A DNA stretch of 56,529 nt, filler included, from Candidatus Woesearchaeota archaeon (lineage in GTDB: Archaea > Nanobdellota > Nanobdellia > Woesearchaeales > DATGWN01), in assembly GCA_047603125.1 (NCBI GenBank). It is 4 parts of 4 records of this genome, joined end to end, with 100 filler letters (N's around TTAATTAATTAA, not from the genome) between each part and the next. Parts side by side here need not be neighbours in the genome. Positions count along the whole stretch, not along the records: positions 25,935 to 50,725 come from JBLKOU010000013.1; positions 50,826 to 53,651 come from JBLKOU010000068.1; positions 53,752 to 56,529 come from JBLKOU010000069.1; 1 more part is not named here. The stretch is one strand, 5' to 3'. Below the pieces are notes generated by a model, which was not told where the DNA came from, made no database searches, and was given only the letters and a program-made list of their open reading frames with translations. Position numbers and translations under genes: made by a program. Numbering within the stretch: position 1 is the stretch's first letter; the number at the start of each line of letters is the position of its first letter. Of this stretch, positions 48,710-56,529 are shown piece after piece.

Positions 48710-49020
48710 CGCAATTTTTTCTTTAAAATATCTGGTTCAATCGGTTTGACTAAATGTGCACCCGGAGGCGTATCACCGCGCACAGTTAAAAAAATAGTTG
48801 GAATGTCACGGTTTTGCAATCGTAATTGACGATAAACTTCTAGCCCACTCACATCGGGCATCCGAATATCAAGTAATAATAAATCTGGCGTAAATGATTT
48901 GAGTTTTTCAAGCGCCTCACGGCCACTATTTGCAACAATGGGAAAATACTCTTGCGAGAGCGTGAGTTTTAAAAAATTCGCCGTATGGGCATCATCATCA
49001 ACAATGAGAATAGTCTTCAT
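48697..49020 (-). CDS. Stand-alone response regulator receiver (CheY-like)
   Basis: 'ILIVDDD', 'PDLLLLDIRMPDVSG', 'IFLT', 'KP'. Confidence 0.92.
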   Translation of the reverse strand: MKTILIVDDDAHTANFLKLTLSQEYFPIVANSGREALEKLKSFTPDLLLLDIRMPDVSGLEVYRQLRLQNRDIPTIFLTVRGDTPPGAHLVKPIEPDILKKKLRQFV

Positions 49021-49121
49021 GCAACCACCCTACACCAGTGTAAGCAACCTAACTATATAAACCCTCTGAAAAATAAAGGTCTTTATTTATAAAGAAACGA
49101 GAGCAATGCCCTTTAGAAAAA

Positions 49122-50201
49122 CTATTTCTTAATGCTAATTTTTCCCTTCGAAACTTCAAATGTTGCTTCATCTCCGTCTTTAATCTGGGATAATGATGTA
49201 ACAAACTCAGGTAAAAGAATCCTGTTTGCCCGAAAGTCCACATTCGTGATAATTTGGTTCGTACTTTGCACACCCTCGGATGTTAATTCAGCTAAAATTT
49301 CATTTGCAGAAACTGCATTTTGCTTTTTAGACTCTTTAAATTCCAATGTTTTTTGATATAAAAATTCAGCAATCTTTCCTGCAACATCAATATTTGTCAC
49401 CTTTGTAATCCCTTGTAACCCAGGAGAAACATTCGCCTCAATGACAAAAGGCCCTCTTGGCCCTTCTAAAATATCAACTCCACAAATATCACAGTTAAGC
49501 GCTTTTGCCGTCTGTATCGCTATTTTTTTCGTTTTTGCATCTAAAAGCACGGGCTCCCCTGTTCCTCCTGCATGCATATTTGAACGCTTTTCATCGGACT
49601 TTGCAATTCGTTTATATGATGCAATGATTTTATCCCCTGCAACAATTGCTCGAATATCCACACCCGACGTTTCAACATATTCTTGAATTAAAAAAGGCTG
49701 TTTTAAGGAAACGAGTGCATCAAGTAGTGAAGATGCAGCCGCATACGACTCTGCAAACATAACTCCCTTTCCTTGTGTTCCTTGCGGGAATTTCAAAATA
49801 ACAGGATATTGTATGGACTGAAGTATTGATTTTGCAGCAATTGGAGTTGCCGAAAGATATGTTTTAGGACTGGGAATATGTTTTTTTTGTAATGAAATAT
49901 GTGTCAATAATTTATCGTGAACAGTAGTAAAAGCATCTTCTGCAACAGGAACATATGTTTTTGGAGATAAGTAGGCAGTTATTGCCTTTGCAACAGCTGC
50001 ATAATTAAAGGAACCTTTTACGTATGCACAATCATAAGAATCCAAAGGCTTTCCTTCATAAAGAATATTTGCATCATTTGAACCAAACTGAACCTCTATT
50101 TTTTTAATATTAATCAAGTCAACAACATCAAAATACTTTTCGAGCGCTTGCGCAGTCATTTTGCTACTCTGACTTCCAAGGCTAATAATTGCTGCTTTCA
50201 T
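49122..50201 (-). CDS. rimK: RimK/LysX-family ATP-grasp glutamate ligase with a C-terminal AbrB-like extension
   Basis: 'DK', 'K..QGTQGKGV', 'QEYV', 'DIR', 'RSNMHAGG', 'GVD', 'EANVSPG'. Confidence 0.88.
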   Translation of the reverse strand: MKAAIISLGSQSSKMTAQALEKYFDVVDLINIKKIEVQFGSNDANILYEGKPLDSYDCAYVKGSFNYAAVAKAITAYLSPKTYVPVAEDAFTTVHDKLLTHISLQKKHIPSPKTYLSATPIAAKSILQSIQYPVILKFPQGTQGKGVMFAESYAAASSLLDALVSLKQPFLIQEYVETSGVDIRAIVAGDKIIASYKRIAKSDEKRSNMHAGGTGEPVLLDAKTKKIAIQTAKALNCDICGVDILEGPRGPFVIEANVSPGLQGITKVTNIDVAGKIAEFLYQKTLEFKESKKQNAVSANEILAELTSEGVQSTNQIITNVDFRANRILLPEFVTSLSQIKDGDEATFEVSKGKISIKK

Positions 50202-50632
50202 TGCGCATTCCCCCTTTTTTGTTGCTCTGGTGATGGTTGCTTTGCTGATTCCACCGGCTTTTCTTTAGACGGATCAACTAAAAACCCCTTTTTTAAAAGA
50301 CTACAACCAATTAACACTTTGTATTTCATATGACTTCTATTATAGAGTGTGAAATTTTCTTTGACAATTTTCCCACCAATTTCTGTTTCCAATGTCACAA
50401 CAGGACGTAAACTTCTCCCATGACTTGAAACAATGCTTTTTGTCGTAATAATTGGCCCAAGAGACAATGTTGTTGCTAAATTAATATCAAGTGAACTGCT
50501 ATCCGCTCCCGTATCAACTTTTGCGAAAATTCTTGCTTCTTTTCCATTTGTATCTTTAAGTACAACTGGCTCAATTAAACCAACAATACTTTTTTCTTTT
50601 AGCGCATCATCAATCTTGTTTTGTTCTGACAT
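50198..50632 (-). CDS. RimK-associated retropepsin-like protein (putative ATP-dependent Zn protease family)
   Basis: 'VGLIE', 'AKVDTGADSSS', 'RPVV', 'FTL.NRSHMKY.VLIG'; directly upstream of rimK. Confidence 0.85.
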   Translation of the reverse strand: MSEQNKIDDALKEKSIVGLIEPVVLKDTNGKEARIFAKVDTGADSSSLDINLATTLSLGPIITTKSIVSSHGRSLRPVVTLETEIGGKIVKENFTLYNRSHMKYKVLIGCSLLKKGFLVDPSKEKPVESAKQPSPEQQKRGNAQ

Positions 50633-50725
50633 GGAAAGGCACTAAGCGACTCCCCTTTAAAAGAATTGTGTTACAACTAAAAAGTTAGATACATATTGCA
50701 TACCAAGTCTCGATGACACGAACAG

Positions 50726-50825
50726 NNNNNNNNNNNNNNNNNNNNNNNNNNNNNNNNNNNNNNNNNNNNTTAATTAATTAANNNNNNNNNNNNNNNNNNN
50801 NNNNNNNNNNNNNNNNNNNNNNNNN
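50726..50825. other. Artificial contig spacer
   Basis: N-TTAATTAATTAA-N, 100 bp. Confidence 0.98.
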
Positions 50826-51547
50826 ACGTTGCCTCATACTTAAAAGAGCAAACTACTTGCCCAAAAGGGTACTGGTATGATGGAGCTGAGTGTGTGAAAG
50901 AAGCAGACTATCAACCTTTCACATTTGAAATTGTTCCAAACTCTTTTACGATTAATGCAGATCAATCAAGTGCAACTATTATCAGCAACTTGTCCAAGTT
51001 TGTTAATCAAAGCACAACGCAAAGTATTGAGTTTTCTCTACTACACCAAACAAACACACAAAATATCCAGTGTTCAATAGAAGACGTGCGTATTACATGT
51101 GCAATTCAAGAGAATGAAAACTCAAATACATTGGTGCAAATTTTAGCAAACGATAGCAAAACTGCTCTTAATCAAACAATTAATGTATCAAGTCTTTTTG
51201 TGGCTCCACAAAGTCAGAATCAACCAACCCAGAATACATTTACGGGTGGAACAAGAACGACTCAAACAAATGTCGGTGACGTTTTCGTTGTCCAAGAAGA
51301 AGAACCTGCACAAGAGTTTACACAAAATACAACAACACAAGAAACCGAGCAACCTGAAGAGCCAAGTCTTGAAGTTGAAACGCCATTTGGACCTGGCAAT
51401 CAAACAGAGGACGAGCCTGATAATCTGATTACAGGACAAATTACTGGGCCGCTTGGTGCTCAAGCAATAACAATTGCCTCAATTTTTATTGGTTTGTTGC
51501 TTATTGTTAGTATTATTCTCATCGTTATTTTTATGAGAAAAAACTAA
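50826..51547 (+). CDS. C-terminal part of a membrane-anchored surface protein (5' truncated by the contig end)
   Basis: T/Q/E-rich linker, 'LITGQITG', C-terminal TM followed by RKN. Confidence 0.65.
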
Positions 51548-51662
51548 TTTTTTTCTTTTTTCTTTTTTCTAGAAAATTTGCTTTAAGTATCGGAATATTT
51601 GTTGCCACTAGGTAGGAACTAATTTCGAAACACTTATAAATGACTTTTGTTTCACCCCTGTC

Positions 51663-52217
51663 ATGAAACCAGAAAACCCAATTGAAACAATTCCAATTCC
51701 AGACACATATGCAGCTGATGAACGACTCCGCACAGCATATGTGACAGGTGTTCTTGCAACAAGACAACCAGAACTCTTAAAAGAGCCGTTTTTTTCTGAA
51801 TATCGAGAAACAAGAAGCCGGCTTGAACCTTTACGTAAAGAAGCTTACAAAAGTGGTACTCCTTATGAAACAACAAAAGAATCATTTCGATTTCAACATG
51901 GACAAAAGACTCTTCGAGAAATTCGCGCATATGCAGATGGTTTGAGTATCGATCAACCAATGAGTACTGTTCGAATCGGAAAAGGTTTTGTCTCATTTAC
52001 ACATTCGTCAGAGAATATGCCTTCAGGAAGAAAAAACCACCCAATGGCTCTTGATGCGTTACTTACTAAAATTCATGATAATCCTTCAATGGCCTCGTGG
52101 GGACTACTAAATACGGATGAAGCCTTTGACATCTATCAAGACGGTGCTCGTGGTGGAGCATTTAGAGGACGTATGTCAGAAATGCCTGAAATTCCTAGTG
52201 AAAGAAAATATGAATAA
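51663..52217 (+). CDS. Hypothetical protein
   Basis: 184-aa ORF; TTATAAAT box about 22 bp upstream (leaderless-type). Confidence 0.65.
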   Translation: MKPENPIETIPIPDTYAADERLRTAYVTGVLATRQPELLKEPFFSEYRETRSRLEPLRKEAYKSGTPYETTKESFRFQHGQKTLREIRAYADGLSIDQPMSTVRIGKGFVSFTHSSENMPSGRKNHPMALDALLTKIHDNPSMASWGLLNTDEAFDIYQDGARGGAFRGRMSEMPEIPSERKYE

Positions 52218-52264
52218 TGAGAATTCGCCGTTTTGCACTAATTAAAAACAAATTTTTTTCTTTT

Positions 52265-52729
52265 TTATCCTATTAACGAGTCATTTCGAGAAACGGATAT
52301 GTTCATATCGCAAACGTCAACAACTTGTTTGAGTAAACGTTCTAAACCCTGGATTTCATGTGTTGAAATTCCCGTCAACGTAATCTGAGAAATGGAGTCG
52401 TTTTGTGTATCTTCTAGAGCTTGTAAAACATCAAATTGTAATGGTCCTTGCGAATAAGTTCCAGTTTTTATTCCTAATTGCGTAAATTCAGTTATGACAT
52501 AATCTCCATTTGGGCAAAATAAAGCAACATACCCTACGTTTGCATTGTTTATTATTTCTTTTCTAATATTTGAGAATAGTCGTACATTTTCTCGTGCAAT
52601 ATCTTCATTAATAATATACCCGTCCGGAGTTACTGCATGGACTGAAGGGTTAAAGATAAAATACGCTTGCGATCCTTTTTCTTGTCTATATAGGGTGGAG
52701 AGTCTCCTGTGCGAGTTCAATCGATCCAT
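52265..52729 (-). CDS. Hypothetical protein
   Basis: 154-aa ORF; TATATAAA box upstream on the minus strand. Confidence 0.6.
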   Translation of the reverse strand: MDRLNSHRRLSTLYRQEKGSQAYFIFNPSVHAVTPDGYIINEDIARENVRLFSNIRKEIINNANVGYVALFCPNGDYVITEFTQLGIKTGTYSQGPLQFDVLQALEDTQNDSISQITLTGISTHEIQGLERLLKQVVDVCDMNISVSRNDSLIG

Positions 52730-52844
52730 ACTTCCGGAAATAGTTCATCATTTATATAGTTACTTTTCTTTAGTGACTACTTTCCAGGATGAGGAAATGT
52801 TTTCACACAAACCTTTATAAGATTGTTTCGAGTTCTCCGTAAAT

Positions 52845-53498
52845 ATGGGAGCAGGAATACCATTTGCAATTTACGGATTTAATCCAGATTTACTTCAAAA
52901 ACACCACGAATCCTTTACATCTGTTTTATTTGGAGATGTAAATAAATCATTTTGGAAAAAATTTGCAACTGATTCAAAAAGTTTCAGACTCAATAGATTT
53001 GAGTATATAGACTCAGGTTGCCAGTCTGTTTTTCTTGCAAAAGAAGGAAAAATGTATGACTTGCGACGAACAGTACCTGCGCGAGATAGAATCGAAGTTC
53101 GCCTCCACAGAGATCGTATGAGAATACAAGAGACTGGAACTACATCACCCGTATATAGACCACACTTTACACCTATTAATCCCGTCGGAGCAACTATTTT
53201 CGGGTACTTAAAAGCTGATTTTACAAGCGACTACAAGTCTAATTCACAAGAATTTGTTGATTCAATTGTATATACGTTAACTGAAGGATGGGATAAAAAA
53301 CATAAATTGGAAATTTCAGGACAAGGACAATTGTTTGTACCTATAAAAGAGCCAGCAGTCTATATTGGCGATGGTTCATCAGCTATATGGTATGATTCAA
53401 ACAGTCCTGATGTTGAAGTAATGAAGCGTATTAACTCAAAATATAATATAGATTTGCGACGAATTCTCGATAGGGAAGCTGATAGGGCTTTGAGATAG
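52845..53498 (+). CDS. Hypothetical protein
   Basis: 217-aa ORF; AAACCTTTATAA BRE/TATA about 25 bp upstream. Confidence 0.65.
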   Translation: MGAGIPFAIYGFNPDLLQKHHESFTSVLFGDVNKSFWKKFATDSKSFRLNRFEYIDSGCQSVFLAKEGKMYDLRRTVPARDRIEVRLHRDRMRIQETGTTSPVYRPHFTPINPVGATIFGYLKADFTSDYKSNSQEFVDSIVYTLTEGWDKKHKLEISGQGQLFVPIKEPAVYIGDGSSAIWYDSNSPDVEVMKRINSKYNIDLRRILDREADRALR

Positions 53499-53651
53499 GT
53501 GACTACATTTTTACAGTTTGTAGACACCTGCAGAACATTAGCAACCTTTATATATGAACTATAGTTACTATATAATATGATTGTATGTTAAACCCCGCAT
53601 TTTTTATTATAGTTTAAAAAACTATAATTGGTGATAAAAAATGACAGGGAT

Positions 53652-53751
53652 NNNNNNNNNNNNNNNNNNNNNNNNNNNNNNNNNNNNNNNNNNNNTTAAT
53701 TAATTAANNNNNNNNNNNNNNNNNNNNNNNNNNNNNNNNNNNNNNNNNNNN
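53652..53751. other. Artificial contig spacer
   Basis: N-TTAATTAATTAA-N, 100 bp. Confidence 0.98.
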
Positions 53752-53885
53752 TAAATTTTAGATTCTCAACCATATTATATTTAAAGTAATTACTGCTTTA
53801 TATAAATTTTGTTAGTTCGTGTCCAGTGAAGCGATGAGAATTCTTTTATATTTGTTTTGCCGTAAATTAACTCGAGGTGGTGTTT

Positions 53886-54890
53886 ATGGATTTGTATGTT
53901 GGTTTGGATGTGCATGAGAAATTTACTTATGCGACTTTTGTTGATGAAAAAGGTAATGCTATGGGTGAGATGAAAGTTCCAACGTCTGAGCAAGGTTTTT
54001 TAACGCTTTTTGCGTCTAAAAAACAACATGTTTTGCATGTTGTTTATGAGGCTAGTAAGAATTGGAGTCATATTCGTTTTTTGCTTGAGAATGCAGGTGT
54101 TAAAAATATCGTTCTTGCTCATCCTCGTAAGCTTAAAGCTATAGCGAGCGCTAGAATTAAAACCGATAGGCTTGATAGTAAGATTCTTGCGGATCTTCTT
54201 AGAGCCAATCTTATTCCTGAGAGTTTTATGCCAACAGAAGAGATTATTCGTTTGAGAAATCTTTGCAGATTTAGGGCAACATTATCTCAAGAGCATACAA
54301 GAACTTCTAATCGTATTAGAAGTTTACTTGCACGTTACGGTTACAAAAGCGATTACAAAAATCCAACATGTAGTCGTGCTAGAATTTGGCTTGTTAATTT
54401 GCCTTTATCTGTTCATGAAAAAGCAGAACTTAATCATTTATTAAATACGCTCGATACATTAAGCAAAGAGCGTGATGATATAAGCCAAGCTATTAAAGAA
54501 GAAGCAGATAAAAGACCTGAGTGCAAATTGCTTTGCACAATTCCTGGATTTGCTGATTATAGTAGCTTATTAATATTATCTGAAATTGGAAATGTGAAAC
54601 GTTTTCAAACACCACAACAACTAGCAAGCTACGCAGGGCTAGTTCCTAGCACTTATCAAAGCGGTGAAACCGCAAGATCAGGACGTATAACAAAACAAGG
54701 AAGCACCTGGCTTCGTTGGATAGTTATACAATGCACTTGGCAAACTGTGAAAAGAGATAATAGAATCGCGAGATTCTATCACAAAATGGCTAAGAAAAAA
54801 GGTCCGCAAAAAGCAATTATTGCAGCGGCAAGAAAAACACTAACTATTATGTGGAGCATGCTCCAAAAAGAGCAAGCTTTCAAAGCATAA
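53886..54890 (+). CDS. IS110-family DEDD recombinase/transposase
   Basis: RuvC-like 'GLDVH', 'YEA', 'KTDRLD'; C-terminal 'IPGF..EIG..RF..LASYAGLVP..QSG..ITKQG'; GAGGTG SD before ATG 53886. Confidence 0.96.
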   Translation: MDLYVGLDVHEKFTYATFVDEKGNAMGEMKVPTSEQGFLTLFASKKQHVLHVVYEASKNWSHIRFLLENAGVKNIVLAHPRKLKAIASARIKTDRLDSKILADLLRANLIPESFMPTEEIIRLRNLCRFRATLSQEHTRTSNRIRSLLARYGYKSDYKNPTCSRARIWLVNLPLSVHEKAELNHLLNTLDTLSKERDDISQAIKEEADKRPECKLLCTIPGFADYSSLLILSEIGNVKRFQTPQQLASYAGLVPSTYQSGETARSGRITKQGSTWLRWIVIQCTWQTVKRDNRIARFYHKMAKKKGPQKAIIAAARKTLTIMWSMLQKEQAFKA

Positions 54891-54893
54891 TTG

Positions 54894-55024
54894 GGCTGTA
54901 GGCAACCGCGATGTACGCACTAAACCCATCAAGGAGTTTCATCCAGTGAATGCGGCGCCCCCAACCCGACGACGCTACATGAGGCACAACGACCTCGAAT
55001 ACCTGCATGTCGTCACAGCCTACA
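54894..55024 (+). ncRNA. Predicted bridge/seek RNA of the IS1111-type element
   Basis: Two stem/internal-loop/stem arms carrying TCCAGTG (54942-54948; equals left flank plus core) and ATACCTG (54999-55005; equals right end plus core), closed by GGCTGT/ACAGCC or TGTAGGC/GCCTACA. Confidence 0.8.
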
Positions 55025-55202
55025 ATAACGAAACGAAAAATTTAAATGTTTCGGAGGTTTAACAAGATGTAACGGAAAACAAAATTATTGGTTTGAGCAA
55101 GGAATATTTTTCCTTGTTCTACCAAGAATTCTCATACCTGAGACACATCACTTTACCAAAAGTAAAATGACAAACATACGAAAAAAAGAAAAACTTTTCG
55201 CC

Positions 55203-55254
55203 ATTCATCCCATACCTAAAGGTACGCTCTGCAACGCAGAGCTATGGGATTTCT
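55203..55254. mobile_element. Orphan IS200/IS605-type end hairpin interrupted by a 20-bp palindromic insert
   Basis: ATTCATCCCATACC-TAAA-GGTA[CGCTCTGCAACGCAGAGCTA]TGGGATTTCT. Confidence 0.5.
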
Positions 55255-55265
55255 AGCTAGCTTTC

Positions 55266-55472
55266 TTAAACAATTTCTATGTCTTTTTCTTCTTTTATTT
55301 TTAGTTTCTTTTTTATTTGGATTATTTTGTGTGCTTCTTTTATTTTTTTGAGAGCGTTTCTCTCAAAGTGCGATACTGCTGCTTGTGAAATATTCAACTT
55401 TTCAGCTATTTGCGTTTGATTTAAATTTTTTTGTTTCAACTTCAAAACTTCATATTCTTTTTTTGTTAACAA
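55266..55472 (-). CDS. Small HTH DNA-binding protein (sigma70-r4/Tfx-like)
   Basis: 'LTKKEYEVLKL....NQTQIAEKLNISQAAVS.FE..ALKKI'. Confidence 0.85.
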   Translation of the reverse strand: MLTKKEYEVLKLKQKNLNQTQIAEKLNISQAAVSHFERNALKKIKEAHKIIQIKKKLKIKEEKDIEIV

Positions 55473-55534
55473 TTTAAATCAACTTTTAGTTTTTTAATTT
55501 TTTATTTTTCAATATTATTTTTCATTTTTATTTC

Positions 55535-56529
55535 TTATTTTTTCTTGGTTTTATTTTTTAACACGAATTTGTACACAAATAATGCGTTAAGCAATGCTAA
55601 AATAAAAATAACTATTATTAATAATGTTAATGTTTCATTTGTATCTTCTTCGTCTTTTATTACTTTGCCTGTTCCAATAACACTTACTTTATCTGTTTCA
55701 AGTCTTATTTTTTTGTTTGTTGTATCTTTTTTATCTAAGTAGTTCAGATTGATTATCATGTCGTATGTTCCTGCAGGTAGTCCTGATGTGTCCCAGAATG
55801 CTTGTAGTCTTCCTCTTGACATTCCTTCTATTTTCGTTGTTGATGTCGTGGTTTCCCATAAGTTTTCGTTTTCTTTTTTGAATTCGATATCTGCGAAAAC
55901 GTTTAATTCTTCTCCCCAATTATTTATTAATAATATGTCAAATCCTGCGATTCCTCCGAGTTTAAATGTTGATGTTGATATGTCATCTATTATTATCTCA
56001 GGGCTGCCTACTGTGAATGTTTTCTCATCACTATTACTTTGTCCTGAATAGAGCATTGATGCTTTTGCAAAGTATTTTCCATTTTGTAAATCTTCATTTA
56101 GTGGCAGAGCAAAATTTGCCATCTCTCCTTTTTTTATTAGTTTAGAATCTCCTTTTATTGTTGCTATTTTGTTATTTGTTTGGGAGTAAATATCTATTAT
56201 TGGTATTGCATTTATTGCGTTTTTTGCTCCTTTATTTTGTGCTTGTATTATGAAATTTCCTCCTTCATCTTTTTTGAAATTAGGCGCGTATAAAGAAATA
56301 TCAAGGTATGCATCATCATACGGCACGACTATTTTTAATTTGTATGTCAAGGTTATTTTTGCAGACATATGTCCTTCGTTTTTAGTAATATCCAATAATA
56401 CTATTTTTATTATGTGCTCTCCGGGTTCAATGTTTTGAGGCAATTTTTTTAATCTTAATTTTACTTTTTCTCTATCTTGGTTTTTTAATAGAGAAATTTT
56501 TTCATTTTCAATATCGACAAAATTTGAAA
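55535..56529 (-). CDS. Membrane-anchored Ig-like-domain surface protein (5' end outside the window)
   Basis: Beta-rich repeats ('L.PGEH', 'LQNGKY', 'LPAGTY'), C-terminal TM followed by a K-rich tail. Confidence 0.7.
   Translation of the reverse strand, partial: SNFVDIENEKISLLKNQDREKVKLRLKKLPQNIEPGEHIIKIVLLDITKNEGHMSAKITLTYKLKIVVPYDDAYLDISLYAPNFKKDEGGNFIIQAQNKGAKNAINAIPIIDIYSQTNNKIATIKGDSKLIKKGEMANFALPLNEDLQNGKYFAKASMLYSGQSNSDEKTFTVGSPEIIIDDISTSTFKLGGIAGFDILLINNWGEELNVFADIEFKKENENLWETTTSTTKIEGMSRGRLQAFWDTSGLPAGTYDMIINLNYLDKKDTTNKKIRLETDKVSVIGTGKVIKDEEDTNETLTLLIIVIFILALLNALFVYKFVLKNKTKKK

Larger units (their letters stand above)
53827..55140 (+). mobile_element. Complete IS110-family element of IS1111 type (TG core at both ends)
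   Basis: Perfect 12-bp subterminal inverted repeats ATGAGAATTCTT (53834-53845) and AAGAATTCTCAT (55124-55135); long non-coding region downstream of the transposase. Confidence 0.9.

Noticed and set aside
53498..53886. Functional link between the orphan gene cluster and the IS110 element
   Set aside because: They are separated by an artificial contig spacer, so the adjacency is not real.
53886..54890. IS110 recombinase as the mobiliser of repeat family A
   Set aside because: Family A shares neither the 12-bp subterminal IR nor the ATACCTG/TCCAGTG junction sequences.

Overview
AT-rich archaeal genomic DNA, most consistent with a DPANN (Woesearchaeota/Nanoarchaeia-like) metagenome bin; the taxonomy is inferred from gene content. 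Four contigs are joined by artificial 100-bp N-TTAATTAATTAA-N spacers (25835-25934, 50726-50825, 53652-53751), so adjacency across these is not real. Most of the window is housekeeping: aIF5B, SMC, DNA ligase, ftsZ-secE-spt5, SlyD, cmk, thermosome, rps3ae, nop10, the exosome/proteasome superoperon, secDF, pheST, mutSL and tRNA-Leu. The main non-housekeeping signals are four. (1) A dispersed intergenic repeat family (six full copies and one truncated, all in the same orientation) that keeps a three-way-junction fold with compensatory base changes and swappable internal modules. (2) A complete IS1111-type (IS110 family) recombinase element whose downstream non-coding RNA has two loops carrying 7-nt matches to its own target and donor junctions, i.e. 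a readable bridge/seek RNA. (3) A DUF3800 gene facing a candidate small structured RNA with its own TATA box. (4) A HIT gene split exactly at an in-frame A_AAA_AAG -1 slippery site. All calls come from reading sequence and motifs; no database searches or folding programs were run.
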